A DNA stretch of 64,000 bases from an uncultured Rubrobacteraceae bacterium (lineage in GTDB: Bacteria; Actinomycetota; Rubrobacteria; Rubrobacterales; Rubrobacteraceae): positions 1-64,000 of the forward strand of contig CAWHLD010000020.1 in assembly GCA_963830075.1 (NCBI GenBank), in the 5' to 3' direction. Positions within the stretch are counted from its first letter, which is position 1. Every line of letters begins with the position of its first letter. The notes under the pieces were generated by a model. The model did no database searches and was not told where the DNA came from. It saw only the letters and a list, made by a program, of their open reading frames with translations. This document shows positions 36,675 to 46,655 of the stretch, in pieces. A program made the position numbers and the translations under genes.

Positions 36675-37454
36675 CTACCGTTCCCCTCCTGGCAAGAACT
36701 CCGGCCTCGACGCCAGCCACTGGCTGCCGCCGGGACCTAATGCGTCTGCCAGCAACTCCTCGGCCCGATCTTCATCAACTATCTCGTCTTCTTCCCAGAG
36801 GGCGTGAAACAAGCGGTCCAAAAAGCCTTCCCCGAACTCATCGATGGCGGCGTCGCCGAGCAGGAGTAGCAGGTTCTGGAAGGACATTTGAGCCTCGGTG
36901 CTCATCTGGCCGCGGAACTGACGCACCGTGAACCCGGGCTCCTCCTCTATCTGCGATAGATGTTCGTCTAGAGGAAGACCAGACTTGCGAGCGATCGCCG
37001 CCGAGGCGGCCTGGGGGACGAATTCGCCCAGCCACGCCGGGGTTCTCACTACCTCCCGTCCGAGCAGGAAGGCGTGGGCCAACTCATGCCAGACCGTCAG
37101 GGGTAGCGTGGCGGCGGTCCTCGGTTCGAACACGGACGAGAGCTCTTCCGGCAGCACCAGGGCCGGTGGCTCGACCGAACGCGTGAAGTAGGGAAGCCCC
37201 TGCGGGTAGGGCCGCGCGTTCTCGCGCGGCGCGTCTTTCCAGTCATCGTCGGCGACGAGGAGTGCCATGATCCCCGGCGGGTCGACAGAGAGGATACCGT
37301 CGAGCGTGCTATAGCCCTCGCCAAGATAGCTCTGGACTTCCCTGGCCTTCCCGGTAAGCCGCGGGGCGTGGAGAAGCGGGATTCCCCCGCCGAGGCGTGT
37401 GTAGCCTGCCAGGGTTGCTTCCCGGATGGCTACGGCGCTACCTGTGCGTCCCAC
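36675..37454 (-). CDS. Hypothetical protein with HExxH motif (WHELAHAFL), possible Zn-dependent hydrolase, embedded in the leu operon
   Basis: 259-aa ORF between leuA and leuB; single HELAH motif; start uncertain (overlaps leuA end by about 25 nt if GTG 37454 is used). Confidence 0.4.
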   Translation of the reverse strand: MGRTGSAVAIREATLAGYTRLGGGIPLLHAPRLTGKAREVQSYLGEGYSTLDGILSVDPPGIMALLVADDDWKDAPRENARPYPQGLPYFTRSVEPPALVLPEELSSVFEPRTAATLPLTVWHELAHAFLLGREVVRTPAWLGEFVPQAASAAIARKSGLPLDEHLSQIEEEPGFTVRQFRGQMSTEAQMSFQNLLLLLGDAAIDEFGEGFLDRLFHALWEEDEIVDEDRAEELLADALGPGGSQWLASRPEFLPGGER

Positions 37455-38971
37455 CTGGCTCCGACCATGCCTGCCGTGTAGACGTTGACGGCCCGCACGT
37501 AGGCGCGCGCCGCCGCCTCCACGACGTCCTGGGAGAGGCCGCGTCCGGCGTAATCGCCGCCCTCGAACTCGACAGAGACCCTGACCTCGCCGAGGGCATC
37601 CTTGCCGCCCGTAACGGCGTCGATGCGGAAGTCCGTCAGACGGCCCCTGATGTTCGTGGCGGCGTCGATGGCTCGGAAGACCGCATCGACCGGCCCTTCG
37701 CCCTCAGCCTCGGCCTCGAACGTGCCGTGCTCGGCGTGCGAGATCGTCACGGCGGCCCGGCTCTGGCGGCCCGTCGCGGCGACGACGCGGAACGACTCGA
37801 GGACGAACTTGCCCTCGAAGGAGCCAACCTCGTCGGCGGCTATCGCTTCGAGGTCGGCGGCGGTCACGGTCTTCTTGTGGTCGGCTATCTCCTTGAAGCG
37901 CGTGAAGGCCCGCTTGAGAATCTCGCCCTCGACGTAGTAGCCGAGCTCTTCGAGAGCGTCCTTGAGGGCGTGGCGGCCCGAGTGCTTGCCGAGGAAGATG
38001 TTCGTCCCTTCCAGCCCGATATCCTTCGGCGTCATGATCTCGAACGTCCGCCTATCCTTGAGCACACCGTCCTGGTGAATCCCCGACTCGTGCAGAAAGG
38101 CGTTGCGCCCGACGATGGCTTTGTTCGGAGGCACCTCGTAGCCCGTGATGTTCGAGACCATGCGGCTCGTGTTGGCGAGCTGGCGGGTCTCTACGCCGAC
38201 GTCGGCCCCGTAGAAGTCAGAGCGCGTGGCGAGCGCCATCACGACCTCCTCCAGGGAGGCGTTACCGGCCCGCTCCCCGATGCCGTTGACGGCGACCTCT
38301 ACCTGGCTAGCACCGACCTCGACGCCGGCGAGCGAGTTGGCGACGGCCATCCCTAGGTCGTCGTGGCAATGGACCGAGAGGACGCGCTCCTTTAGACCGG
38401 GCACCCGTTCTACGAGCTCCTTCAGGAAGGCCGTGAACTCGACCGGCGTCGTGTAGCCTACGGTGTCGGCGATGTTGATCACGTCGGCCCCCGCCTCTAC
38501 CGCCGCTGCGACTACTTCGGAGAGGTAACCTATGTCCGTGCGTGTCGCGTCCATCGGCGAGAACTCGACGTTCTCGCAGAGGTTCTTGGCGAAGGCGACC
38601 GCCTCGCCAGCCCGTCTCAAAATGTCCTCGCGGTCCGAGCGCATCTGGTGTTCTATGTGAAGATCGGAGGTTCCGACGAAGGTGTGGATGCGCGGCTTAT
38701 CAGACCACTGCACGGCCTCCCAGGCGCGCACGATATCCTGTTCGTGGATGCGGGCGAGGCCGGCGATCCTAGGCCCCTTCACCTCCGAAGCGATGCGGGA
38801 GACGGACTCGAAGTCTCCCTCGGAGGTAATGGGGAAGCCTGCCTCTATCACGTCAACTTTCAGGCGGGCGAGCTGGCGGGCTATCTCCACCTTCTCCTCT
38901 ACCGACAGGGAGATACCGGGCGACTGCTCGCCGTCGCGGAGGGTTGTATCGAAGATCTCTACTCGACGCAT
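37430..38971 (-). CDS. leuA: 2-isopropylmalate synthase
   Basis: [69 protein letters not shown]-terminal regulatory domain. Confidence 0.9.
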   Translation of the reverse strand: MRRVEIFDTTLRDGEQSPGISLSVEEKVEIARQLARLKVDVIEAGFPITSEGDFESVSRIASEVKGPRIAGLARIHEQDIVRAWEAVQWSDKPRIHTFVGTSDLHIEHQMRSDREDILRRAGEAVAFAKNLCENVEFSPMDATRTDIGYLSEVVAAAVEAGADVINIADTVGYTTPVEFTAFLKELVERVPGLKERVLSVHCHDDLGMAVANSLAGVEVGASQVEVAVNGIGERAGNASLEEVVMALATRSDFYGADVGVETRQLANTSRMVSNITGYEVPPNKAIVGRNAFLHESGIHQDGVLKDRRTFEIMTPKDIGLEGTNIFLGKHSGRHALKDALEELGYYVEGEILKRAFTRFKEIADHKKTVTAADLEAIAADEVGSFEGKFVLESFRVVAATGRQSRAAVTISHAEHGTFEAEAEGEGPVDAVFRAIDAATNIRGRLTDFRIDAVTGGKDALGEVRVSVEFEGGDYAGRGLSQDVVEAAARAYVRAVNVYTAGMVGARWDAQVAP

Positions 38972-39067
38972 GTCTCTCTCATCCTCTCTACGTTGAAATG
39001 GAACCGCGGCCTTCTAGGGTCGGTGGCCGCTGGGCGTAAGCCCGGCTAGAGGCCGGGACGGATAATT

Positions 39068-39091
39068 CGCCCTGGGGCCACCCTGGTTAGT
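39068..39091 (-). promoter_or_regulatory. T-box-like core (mRNA sense AACCAGGGUGGCCCCAGG) within the roughly 320-nt leuA leader (38972-39293)
   Basis: 11 of 14 matches to the T-box consensus AGGGUGGNACCGCG, correct strand and position. Flanking hairpins CCCGGCCUCUAGCCGGG and GCGGCC..GGCCGC precede the RBS. Confidence 0.3.
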
Positions 39092-39293
39092 CGTAGGATG
39101 AAGAGAGAGGAGGACAAGGTGTTAGAGGTCGCCTTTCATGTGGGGCGGGAGTATCGCAAAAAGGTGGCCTGTCCGCAAGCTATCCCAGCGTGCGCAGGCA
39201 ACGGAGGACGATAAAGGCGACGGCTATGACCGCTATCGTAACCCGGATGGCCCGGCCGTCGTTCGCACGATACCGTCCTCTTCATGGTCTTCC

Positions 39294-40250
39294 CTAGCCC
39301 GCCGCGCGTTCTGCGACCTCGACGGCCACAGTCCAGTCGGCGTACTCGTTCCAACCGCCGCGGGCGGCCTTGAAGTAGAGTTCCTGCAATCGCTCTGCGA
39401 CGGGCCCGATGCTGCCCGTCCCGATGGGACGGTCGTCGACCTCGACCACGGGTGCGATCTGGAACCCCGTTCCTGACAGGAACACCTCATCAGCGGCGTA
39501 GAGCTCCGTCCTGCCCACCTCGCGCTCGACCACCGGCATCCCGAGCTCTTTGCCGGCGAGCTCCATGACGGCGTCGCGCGTTATGCCTTCGAGGATATCT
39601 GCCGTGACCGGAGGTGTGATGATCTGTCCCTTCCTGACGAGGAAGATGTTGGCAGCGCTCGCCTCCGAGACCTGGCCGTCCTGGGTGAGGAAGATGGCGT
39701 CGTCGTAGCCCGCCCTGTGCGCCTCGTCGACGGCTAGCGCCGTGTTGACGTAGGAGCCGGTGCACTTGGCGCGCGCCGGGATGGCGTTGTCCGGTGTGCG
39801 ACGCCAGGAGGAGAAGCATACCCTGAGGCCTGTAAGCTCCACGTAGTTGGCCATCGGGACCGTAAAGATCGAAAGTTCGGACTCCCCTTTGAGGTTCACG
39901 CCCACCGATTCGACGGACTTGAAGGCCAGAGGCCTAATGTAAGTGTCCTCGCGTGGGGCGTTGCGCCTAAGTATCTCCAGCGTAACGTCGCATAGCTCCT
40001 CCACGCTGATCGGCAGGTCTATACGGAGCAGGCGGCAGGACTTCTCGAAACGCTCGTAGTGCTCGCGCATCTTCAGGACCTGCAACGTCCCGCGCTCCTC
40101 GCTCCAATACGCCCTGATGCCCTCGAAGACCCCGGTTCCGTAGTTCAGTGCGTGGGTCGCGGGGGAGAGGCGTATCTCGCCCATCCTGACCAGTTCTCCA
40201 CCGTGGTAGGCCCACTCGGCGTCGGACGCCGCGAACGCTTTACGACTCAT
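39294..40250 (-). CDS. ilvE: Branched-chain amino acid aminotransferase
   Basis: [14 protein letters not shown], class IV aminotransferase pattern, ..EVFLSGTG.. Confidence 0.85.
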   Translation of the reverse strand: MSRKAFAASDAEWAYHGGELVRMGEIRLSPATHALNYGTGVFEGIRAYWSEERGTLQVLKMREHYERFEKSCRLLRIDLPISVEELCDVTLEILRRNAPREDTYIRPLAFKSVESVGVNLKGESELSIFTVPMANYVELTGLRVCFSSWRRTPDNAIPARAKCTGSYVNTALAVDEAHRAGYDDAIFLTQDGQVSEASAANIFLVRKGQIITPPVTADILEGITRDAVMELAGKELGMPVVEREVGRTELYAADEVFLSGTGFQIAPVVEVDDRPIGTGSIGPVAERLQELYFKAARGGWNEYADWTVAVEVAERAAG

Positions 40251-41260
40251 ATGCTTTCACCTCCAGCGGGTGTCTCGATGCCCTCGGCCGCGAGCGCCCG
40301 CAACTCCTGTCCTACCTTCTCGACCTGCGACTCGGCCTCACGCCGGCGCATCGCGAGGAAGCTCGACCCGCCGGCCTGGTTCTCCAAGACCCAGTCTTTC
40401 GCCCATTTGCCGCTCTGGATATCGTCGAGGATGGTGCGCATCCTCTCTTTGGCGGCATCGTCGATGATCTTGGGCCCGGCGGTGTAGTCGCCGTACTCCG
40501 CGGTGTTCGAGATCGAATACCGCATCCCAGCGAGGCCGCCCTCGTAGATCAGGTCGACGATCAGCTTCAGCTCGTTTACGCACTCGTAGTAGGCGAGCTC
40601 AGGCTGGTAACCCGCTTCGACTAGCGTCTCGAACCCGGCCTTGAGGAGCGCCGTCAGCCCCCCGCAGAGGACAGCCTGTTCGCCGAAGAGGTCGGTCTCC
40701 GTCTCTTCCGCAAAAGTTGTCTCGATTATCCCGGCCCGGCCGCTACCTATGGCGCGGGCGTAGGAGAGGATCACATCCCTCGCCTGCCCTGAGGCGTCGT
40801 TTTCTACAGCGAACAGCGAGGGCATTCCTTTTCCTTCGACGTACAGGCGCCTGAGCACGTGGCCTGGTCCCTTGGGGGCGACGAGACCGAGGTCCACCTC
40901 GGGGGGGACGGAGATCTGGTTGAAGTGGATGTTGAAGCCGTGGGCGAAGAGCATGAGGTCGCCCTCCGACAGATTAGGCCCGACCTCGGTGGCGAAGACG
41001 GCCGGCTGCCTCTCGTCGGGGAGGAGCATCATCACTACGTCCGCATCCCTCGCCGCGTCGGCAATGGTCTTGACTGTCAGTCCGTCCTCTTCGGCCTTCG
41101 GCCAGCTCTTCGAGCCCTCGTAGAGCCCGACGGTAACGTCGCAACCCGACTCCTTCAGGTTCAGAGCGTGGGCGTGGCCCTGGCTGCCGTAGCCGAGGAC
41201 CGCGACCTTGCGGGCCGTGATCTCATCCCCGATATCTCCCTCGCGATAAACCCGCGCCAT
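40247..41260 (-). CDS. ilvC: Ketol-acid reductoisomerase
   Basis: [22 protein letters not shown], ..[10 protein letters not shown].., C-terminal knotted domain. Confidence 0.9.
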   Translation of the reverse strand: MARVYREGDIGDEITARKVAVLGYGSQGHAHALNLKESGCDVTVGLYEGSKSWPKAEEDGLTVKTIADAARDADVVMMLLPDERQPAVFATEVGPNLSEGDLMLFAHGFNIHFNQISVPPEVDLGLVAPKGPGHVLRRLYVEGKGMPSLFAVENDASGQARDVILSYARAIGSGRAGIIETTFAEETETDLFGEQAVLCGGLTALLKAGFETLVEAGYQPELAYYECVNELKLIVDLIYEGGLAGMRYSISNTAEYGDYTAGPKIIDDAAKERMRTILDDIQSGKWAKDWVLENQAGGSSFLAMRRREAESQVEKVGQELRALAAEGIETPAGGESI

Positions 41261-41719
41261 CTAAACCCCTCCCCTGGCTTCCGGACGGGCCACAGGACCG
41301 AGCCGGACTACGTCGTCTACGCCCTCGCCCAGAGAGGCGAGAAAGCTGTCTATTCTCTCAGTTTCACCCGACGCCACGACCATCCCACCGTTCTCGTGGG
41401 CTTCGATGCCTGACTGTCCCGCGGCCGCATGCCAGTCTTCCCGAGTCTGGACCAGGATGATTTCTATCGTCTCTGAAGGTCCCGCTTCGCTTACGTCTTC
41501 GAGCGCCGAGATGAGGGCCGTATAGCGCTGCGCCGACTCGGGCGGGCAGTCGAGCAGGATTGTGGCCCGCATTCCGTCCTCGTCGCGCCCGAGGGTGAAG
41601 CCGGCCACGGGCATGCGCTTGTTCTGGAGCGTCATCAGGAGCCGGTTGAGGGCGAGCATCCCGCCCGTAAAGCTGACCTCGACGGTGTTCAGGGCGACGC
41701 CGGTGGCGGGCTCAGGCAC
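41261..41719 (-). CDS. ilvN: Acetolactate synthase small (regulatory) subunit, divergent
   Basis: 152-aa ACT-like ORF between ilvB and ilvC; C-terminus ..GETERIDSFLASLGEGVDDVVRLGPV resembles the ilvN/ilvH tail. Confidence 0.55.
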   Translation of the reverse strand: MPEPATGVALNTVEVSFTGGMLALNRLLMTLQNKRMPVAGFTLGRDEDGMRATILLDCPPESAQRYTALISALEDVSEAGPSETIEIILVQTREDWHAAAGQSGIEAHENGGMVVASGETERIDSFLASLGEGVDDVVRLGPVARPEARGGV

Positions 41720-43427
41720 CGTCTTCCTCGATCATCTCGTTGACCGACATGCCGGAGGGGATCATGGGGTAGACGTTGGCCTCGGAATCGATGTGGAAAT
41801 CGAGGAAGGTGCAGCCTTCCTGCTCCTGCGCCCACCGCACCGCTCCTTCGACGTCGTCGCCCTCGCGGACCGTACGCCCCGAGAGACCGTATGCGGCGGT
41901 AAGCTGCTCGTAGTCAGGGCTCGTAATGGGAGTCTCCGAGTAGCGACGGTTGTGGAAGAACTGCTGCCACTGGCGGACCATCCCGAGGTAACCGTTGTTG
42001 AGGACGGCGACCTTTATGTTCAAGCCGAACTCTCTGATCGTGGCGAGCTCCTGGATGTTCATCTGGATGCCGCCGTCGCCGGCGATGACCCAGACGGGAT
42101 CTTCGGGATACGCGAACGCTACGCCCATCGCCGCCGGCAGCGCGAAGCCCATCGTGCCGAGGCCGCCGCTCGTTATGTGGCTGTTGGTCTTCGTGAACTC
42201 GAAGAACTGGGCCGCCCACATCTGGTGCTGCCCGACGTCGGTGACGAGGCGAAGTCCTGGGCCGGCCGCAGCCTTTATTGCGTCCATGACCTGTATCGGT
42301 CCGTACTCGTCCCTTGCAGAATCTTCTCGCCGCCTCTCGGGCTCCTGGGTCTTCGCGAGCTCTTCGCGCCACCGCGCGCACCCTTCGCCTTCCTCAGGAG
42401 CGTTGTCGAGGTGGCTGAGGATCGAGCGCACCGCAGCCTTTGCGTCGGCAGCTATACCTATGGTCGGCTTGATGACCTTGCCGAGCTCGGATGGGTCGAC
42501 GTCGATGTGAACGACCTTCGCGTTCGGGGCGAACTTGTGGGCCGCGCCCGTGATCCGGTCGTCGAAGCGCATCCCGACGGCGAAGAGGAGGTCGGAGCGG
42601 TCTATGGCGCGGTTGACGCTCGCCTGCCCGTGCATCCCCGGCCATCCAAGGTAAAGTGGATGATCGTCAGGAAAGGCGCTAATGCCTAGCAGCGTCGTCA
42701 CGACGGGGATGCCGGTTCTCTCGGCGAGCAGCCTCAGCTCCATCTCGGCGCCCCCGAGCGTCACGCCGTGTCCGGCCAGGATCAAGGGTCGCTTCGCGCT
42801 CTTGAGGAGCATCGCCGCCCGCTCCAACCCGGGCGCCTCGACCGAGGGTGGGACTTCCTTCAAACGCCGGTAGCCGTTGTCATTGCAGGCCGCGAACTGC
42901 ACGTCTTTGGGGACGTCGATCAGGACTGGCCCCGGCCTGCCAGAACGCGCGATCTCGAACGCCCGCCGCATCGTAGGGTAGAGCTCATCCGGATCCTCGA
43001 CCAAGAACGAGTGCTTGGTGAAGGGCAGCGTCATGCCCATCACGTTCGTCTCCTGGAAGGAGTCCTTGCCGAGGGCCGGCCTCCCGACCTGGCCTGTGAT
43101 CGCCACGAGAGGCACCGAGTCCATCTGCGCCGTGGCGAGCCCGGTAACCAGGTTCGTCGCCCCCGGTCCGCTCGTCGCCACGACTACCCCCACTCGCCCC
43201 GTCGCCCTTGCGTAGCCGTCGGCGGCATGGGCGGCGGCCTGTTCGTGGCGGGTTAGGACGTGCCTTAGAGGGTAGTCGGGGAGGGCGTCGTAGAAGGGCA
43301 TGATCGCACCCCCCGGGTACCCGAAGAGGTATTCGACCCCTTCGTCGAGTAGCGCCTCGCACATGGCCTCGCTGCCTGTACGCGGCCTGTATTCTATGTC
43401 GAAAGTGTTGAATGCTGTGTTTTCCAC
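41712..43427 (-). CDS. ilvB: Acetolactate synthase large subunit (ThDP-dependent)
   Basis: GSEAMCEALLDEGVEYLFGYPGGAIMP, ..GPGATNLVTGLATAQMDSVPL.., ThDP motif GDGGIQMNIQELAT...NNGYLGMVRQWQ. Confidence 0.9.
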   Translation of the reverse strand: MENTAFNTFDIEYRPRTGSEAMCEALLDEGVEYLFGYPGGAIMPFYDALPDYPLRHVLTRHEQAAAHAADGYARATGRVGVVVATSGPGATNLVTGLATAQMDSVPLVAITGQVGRPALGKDSFQETNVMGMTLPFTKHSFLVEDPDELYPTMRRAFEIARSGRPGPVLIDVPKDVQFAACNDNGYRRLKEVPPSVEAPGLERAAMLLKSAKRPLILAGHGVTLGGAEMELRLLAERTGIPVVTTLLGISAFPDDHPLYLGWPGMHGQASVNRAIDRSDLLFAVGMRFDDRITGAAHKFAPNAKVVHIDVDPSELGKVIKPTIGIAADAKAAVRSILSHLDNAPEEGEGCARWREELAKTQEPERRREDSARDEYGPIQVMDAIKAAAGPGLRLVTDVGQHQMWAAQFFEFTKTNSHITSGGLGTMGFALPAAMGVAFAYPEDPVWVIAGDGGIQMNIQELATIREFGLNIKVAVLNNGYLGMVRQWQQFFHNRRYSETPITSPDYEQLTAAYGLSGRTVREGDDVEGAVRWAQEQEGCTFLDFHIDSEANVYPMIPSGMSVNEMIEEDGA

Positions 43428-43801
43428 GGTTTGCCCCGTTCGTAAAGAGTGAACTTTGTCTCGGCCTTGCCGAAGAGCGGGGCTTGCCCGTCTTGCGGCT
43501 ACTTCAGGCGGACCGGAGAGCGCCGTCCCGGCCCGCCCGGCTAATTAGTCGTAGGGCGGAGGGTACGGCTACCGTGGATACTCGCGGGTGGATCGGGGGG
43601 GCGAGCAGGCGTGAGATCTTGAGCATCAAACCCGAGACCTTCCTATGCGCTGTTTTGGAGACTGTTCTCAAAAGCCCTCGCTCGTCTGTTCCGCAAGTGG
43701 CCAGAAGGGTTACACAACGGTAGAGGGTTGTCAAGGCGCATATAGCTTCGTCGCCGAAAAACCCAGCAACGAGGGGGCGTACCGTCTGCTAAACGTGCAG
43801 C

Positions 43802-44086
43802 TTACCTGGCCGCCCTGAACTCCAGGTGCTTGAGGCGAAACTCGTGTCCCGTAAAGATGAGTGCCTGCTCCGCGTTCATTCCGGTCTCGCGCAGCCTCTC
43901 ATACTCCGCAACGAAGGCTACGGTGTTGAGGTCGCCCTCAAGCATAGCCAGGGCTTCCATGTCCGTCGCCGGCACCGGTATCGTCTCCGTGCATCTCGTC
44001 TTGGGGTTGTACCAGTACATCCATCTCTCCTTCCCGTCGAACGGATGATACCAACCAGCCGTCCCGCACAGGTTAAAGTGCGACAA
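43802..44086 (-). CDS. Small Trp-rich hypothetical protein between thrB and ilvB
   Basis: 94-aa ORF with genome-typical codon bias. Confidence 0.35.
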   Translation of the reverse strand: MSHFNLCGTAGWYHPFDGKERWMYWYNPKTRCTETIPVPATDMEALAMLEGDLNTVAFVAEYERLRETGMNAEQALIFTGHEFRLKHLEFRAAR

Positions 44087-44450
44087 ATTTCCGGTTAACG
44101 ACCGGTTAAGTCGTGTGGTAAGCCTGGCGGCGGGGAGGAAGTGGGTAGAACGGCCGCCAGGCTACTTATCCCGAAAGCAATGAGAGAACCGCAATACGCG
44201 GGAGACAGGCGGTGTTCGCCTCCGGGACCGAAACCAGGGTACACGCTCGCCGCAGCACCCGTGTTAAACGGGGACAAACCCGACGTTAAAGTTGGGTGAA
44301 ATTCAGGCATCTGGGCTTCTCAAGAGTGAGTTCGACGGGAAGGTGAGGCCCTCAATTACGATCCAACCGACCCAGGAGCGACTGCAGTAGTGGACAACTT
44401 CGGACGCTCTTCGCTTTTCGGGAAGTGGGGACACGGCTGCCGAAGCCAGG

Positions 44451-44477
44451 GATTGCGGAAGGTGGCCTTCCGCAATC
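44451..44477 (-). terminator. Perfect hairpin GATTGCGGAAGG-TGG-CCTTCCGCAATC immediately 3' of the thrB stop codon
   Basis: 12-bp perfect stem starting 3 nt after the thrB stop; no U-tract, which is common in high-GC genomes. Confidence 0.45.
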
Positions 44478-44479
44478 TG

Positions 44480-45412
44480 CTAAATGACCGGTACGGGAGC
44501 CTGGGAGATCATCGCTTCAGGCGGCTCGACGCGGGCCCCGGCCAGGTCAACGTCGAGCGCCCAGGACTTCGCCGTGACGCCCCGCGCCTCAAAGGCTCTT
44601 TGCATCGCCAGGGCTATGATAGTCGCGTATTCCTCGGGGGCGAAAGCGAGGACGGTGGGGCCCGAGCCCGAGAGGCTCGCGCCATAGGCGCCGTTCGCGA
44701 GCGCTGCGTCTATGACGTCTTCGAGGCCGGGGATGAGGTGGGAGCGGTAAGGCTGGTGCAGCCTGTCCTGCATGGCGACGCGCAGGAGATGGTATTCACC
44801 GGTCGCCAGGGCCCCGAGTAGGAGCCCTGATCTACCTACGTTGAAGGCGGCATCGCGGTGGGGGACGGAGTCGGGGAGGGCGCGGCGGGCCGCAGTGGTC
44901 GAGACGGCGAAGTCGGGGACGGCGACAACCGCCTTGAGGCCTTTCGGTTCGAGGCGCACGGCGCTCACGCCGACGGGGGTGAGGGTTCCTATCACGAGCC
45001 CACCGAGTAGCGCGGGGGCGGCGTTGTCCGGGTGCCCGTCTAGCTCGCAGACGATGTTGAGTAGGTCGGGGGGTGCGATCTGCCCCCCGAACAAGTCGTT
45101 CGCGGCCACGGCCCCGCCAACGAGCGCGGCCGCGCTTCCGCCCAGGCCCCTAGTGGGAGGGATATCATTCTCCTGAACGAGACGGAAATGGACATCCGAC
45201 TCGCCGACGATCTCGGCCACGAACCTGGCTGCCCGGTAGGCGGGATGCGCGGGCCCGCGTGGGATAAGGTGCGCCCCCGCACCACGCACCTCGACCGTCG
45301 GGTGGGGCGACCGGTCGAGGCCTATCCTCATGCTAAGGGAGAGTGCGAGTCCTACCGCATCGTAGCCTGGCCCCAGGTTCGCCGAGGTAGCAGGGACCCG
45401 GACGGAGATCAC
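44480..45412 (-). CDS. thrB: Homoserine kinase
   Basis: VRVPATSANLGPGYDAVGLAL (GHMP kinase motif), 310 aa. Confidence 0.85.
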   Translation of the reverse strand: MISVRVPATSANLGPGYDAVGLALSLSMRIGLDRSPHPTVEVRGAGAHLIPRGPAHPAYRAARFVAEIVGESDVHFRLVQENDIPPTRGLGGSAAALVGGAVAANDLFGGQIAPPDLLNIVCELDGHPDNAAPALLGGLVIGTLTPVGVSAVRLEPKGLKAVVAVPDFAVSTTAARRALPDSVPHRDAAFNVGRSGLLLGALATGEYHLLRVAMQDRLHQPYRSHLIPGLEDVIDAALANGAYGASLSGSGPTVLAFAPEEYATIIALAMQRAFEARGVTAKSWALDVDLAGARVEPPEAMISQAPVPVI

Positions 45413-46479
45413 TACCTCTCCATTCGTCCAACGACCGCTTCGAACGTCGCCGGTACGGGGTCTGGGAGTTGCACTCGGCCAAGGATCACATCAGGGTCCT
45501 TGAGCCCGTGCCCGGTGAGAACGCTGACGACGATGCCTTCCGGCGCCCTGCCCTCGCCGGCGAGCTTGATGAGGCCCGCTATCCCCGCCGCCGAGGCCGG
45601 CTCGCAGAAGACGCCCTCCTCGTGGGCGAGCATCTCCTGGGCTGCAAGGATCTCCGCGTCCGTCACGCTCTCCATGCCGCCACCCGACTCGCGCGCGGCC
45701 GAAAGTGCCCCTTCTTTACTCGCCGGAGAACCTATCCTGATGGCGCTCGCAACCGTCTCGGGGTCCTCGAAGTCGTGGCCTGCCACCAGCGGTGAGGCGC
45801 CCTCGGCCTGGAAGCCGAGCATGCGTGGGGCCGAGTCGGCGCGTCCCGCATCTCTCCACTCAGAGAAGCCCTTCCAGTACGAGGTGATGTTCCCCGCGTT
45901 GCCAACCGGCAGGGCAAGGGCGTCGGGGGGTTTGCCGAGGGCTTCCGCGACCTCGAAGGCGGCGGTTTTCTGGCCCTCGATGCGGTCGGGGTTCACCGAG
46001 TTGACCAGTGTCACGTCTCCGAGTACTTCGACGATCCTCTGCGAGAGCTTCAAGGCGGCATCGAAGTTGCCCTCGATCTGAACTATCCTCGCCCCGTGGG
46101 CGAGGACCTGAACGGCCTTGCCTAGCGCGATCTTGCCCGCGGGCACGACGACGAAGCACTCGACGCCGGCCCGTGCAGCGTAGGCCGCGGCGGATGCCGC
46201 CGTGTTGCCCGTCGAGGCGCAGACGCAGGCCCTGCTACCCTCCGCGACGGCCCTGCTCATGGCCACCGTCATGCCGCGGTCCTTGAACGAGGCCGTCGGG
46301 TTCATCCCCTCGAACTTCAAGAACAGGCGGGCGCCAACGCGTGCCGAGATCCTTGGCGCTTCGATCAGGGGCGTTTCGCCCTCACCTATCGTGGCGATAG
46401 CGTCGTCGGGTATCTCGGGCAGCCACCCACGATACCTCTCTATAACACCCTGCCTGAACACCCGCGCCTGAACGCCCAA
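45412..46479 (-). CDS. thrC: Threonine synthase
   Basis: PLP-lysine motif FKDRGMTVAMS, ..STGNTAASAAAYAARAG.. Confidence 0.85.
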   Translation of the reverse strand: MGVQARVFRQGVIERYRGWLPEIPDDAIATIGEGETPLIEAPRISARVGARLFLKFEGMNPTASFKDRGMTVAMSRAVAEGSRACVCASTGNTAASAAAYAARAGVECFVVVPAGKIALGKAVQVLAHGARIVQIEGNFDAALKLSQRIVEVLGDVTLVNSVNPDRIEGQKTAAFEVAEALGKPPDALALPVGNAGNITSYWKGFSEWRDAGRADSAPRMLGFQAEGASPLVAGHDFEDPETVASAIRIGSPASKEGALSAARESGGGMESVTDAEILAAQEMLAHEEGVFCEPASAAGIAGLIKLAGEGRAPEGIVVSVLTGHGLKDPDVILGRVQLPDPVPATFEAVVGRMER

Positions 46480-46655
46480 TACAAACCTGGCCTTTCATAG
46501 AATGTCGGGCCGATCCAAAAGAGAACCGGAGAGTAAGAAAAGTATCACGCACAGGCGCACGGTTTCAACAGCGTGGCGACCCCACGCCTCGTCTTGTAGG
46601 CTACGTCTAGACAGGCATCAGGTATTTTCCTGTAGCCTCACAACAAAGGAGCACT

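Noticed and set aside
38995-39010. Plus-strand TGGAACCGCGG matching the T-box box
   Set aside because: It is on the wrong strand relative to leuA and ilvE, which are both minus-strand. The minus-strand candidate at 39068-39091 is reported instead.
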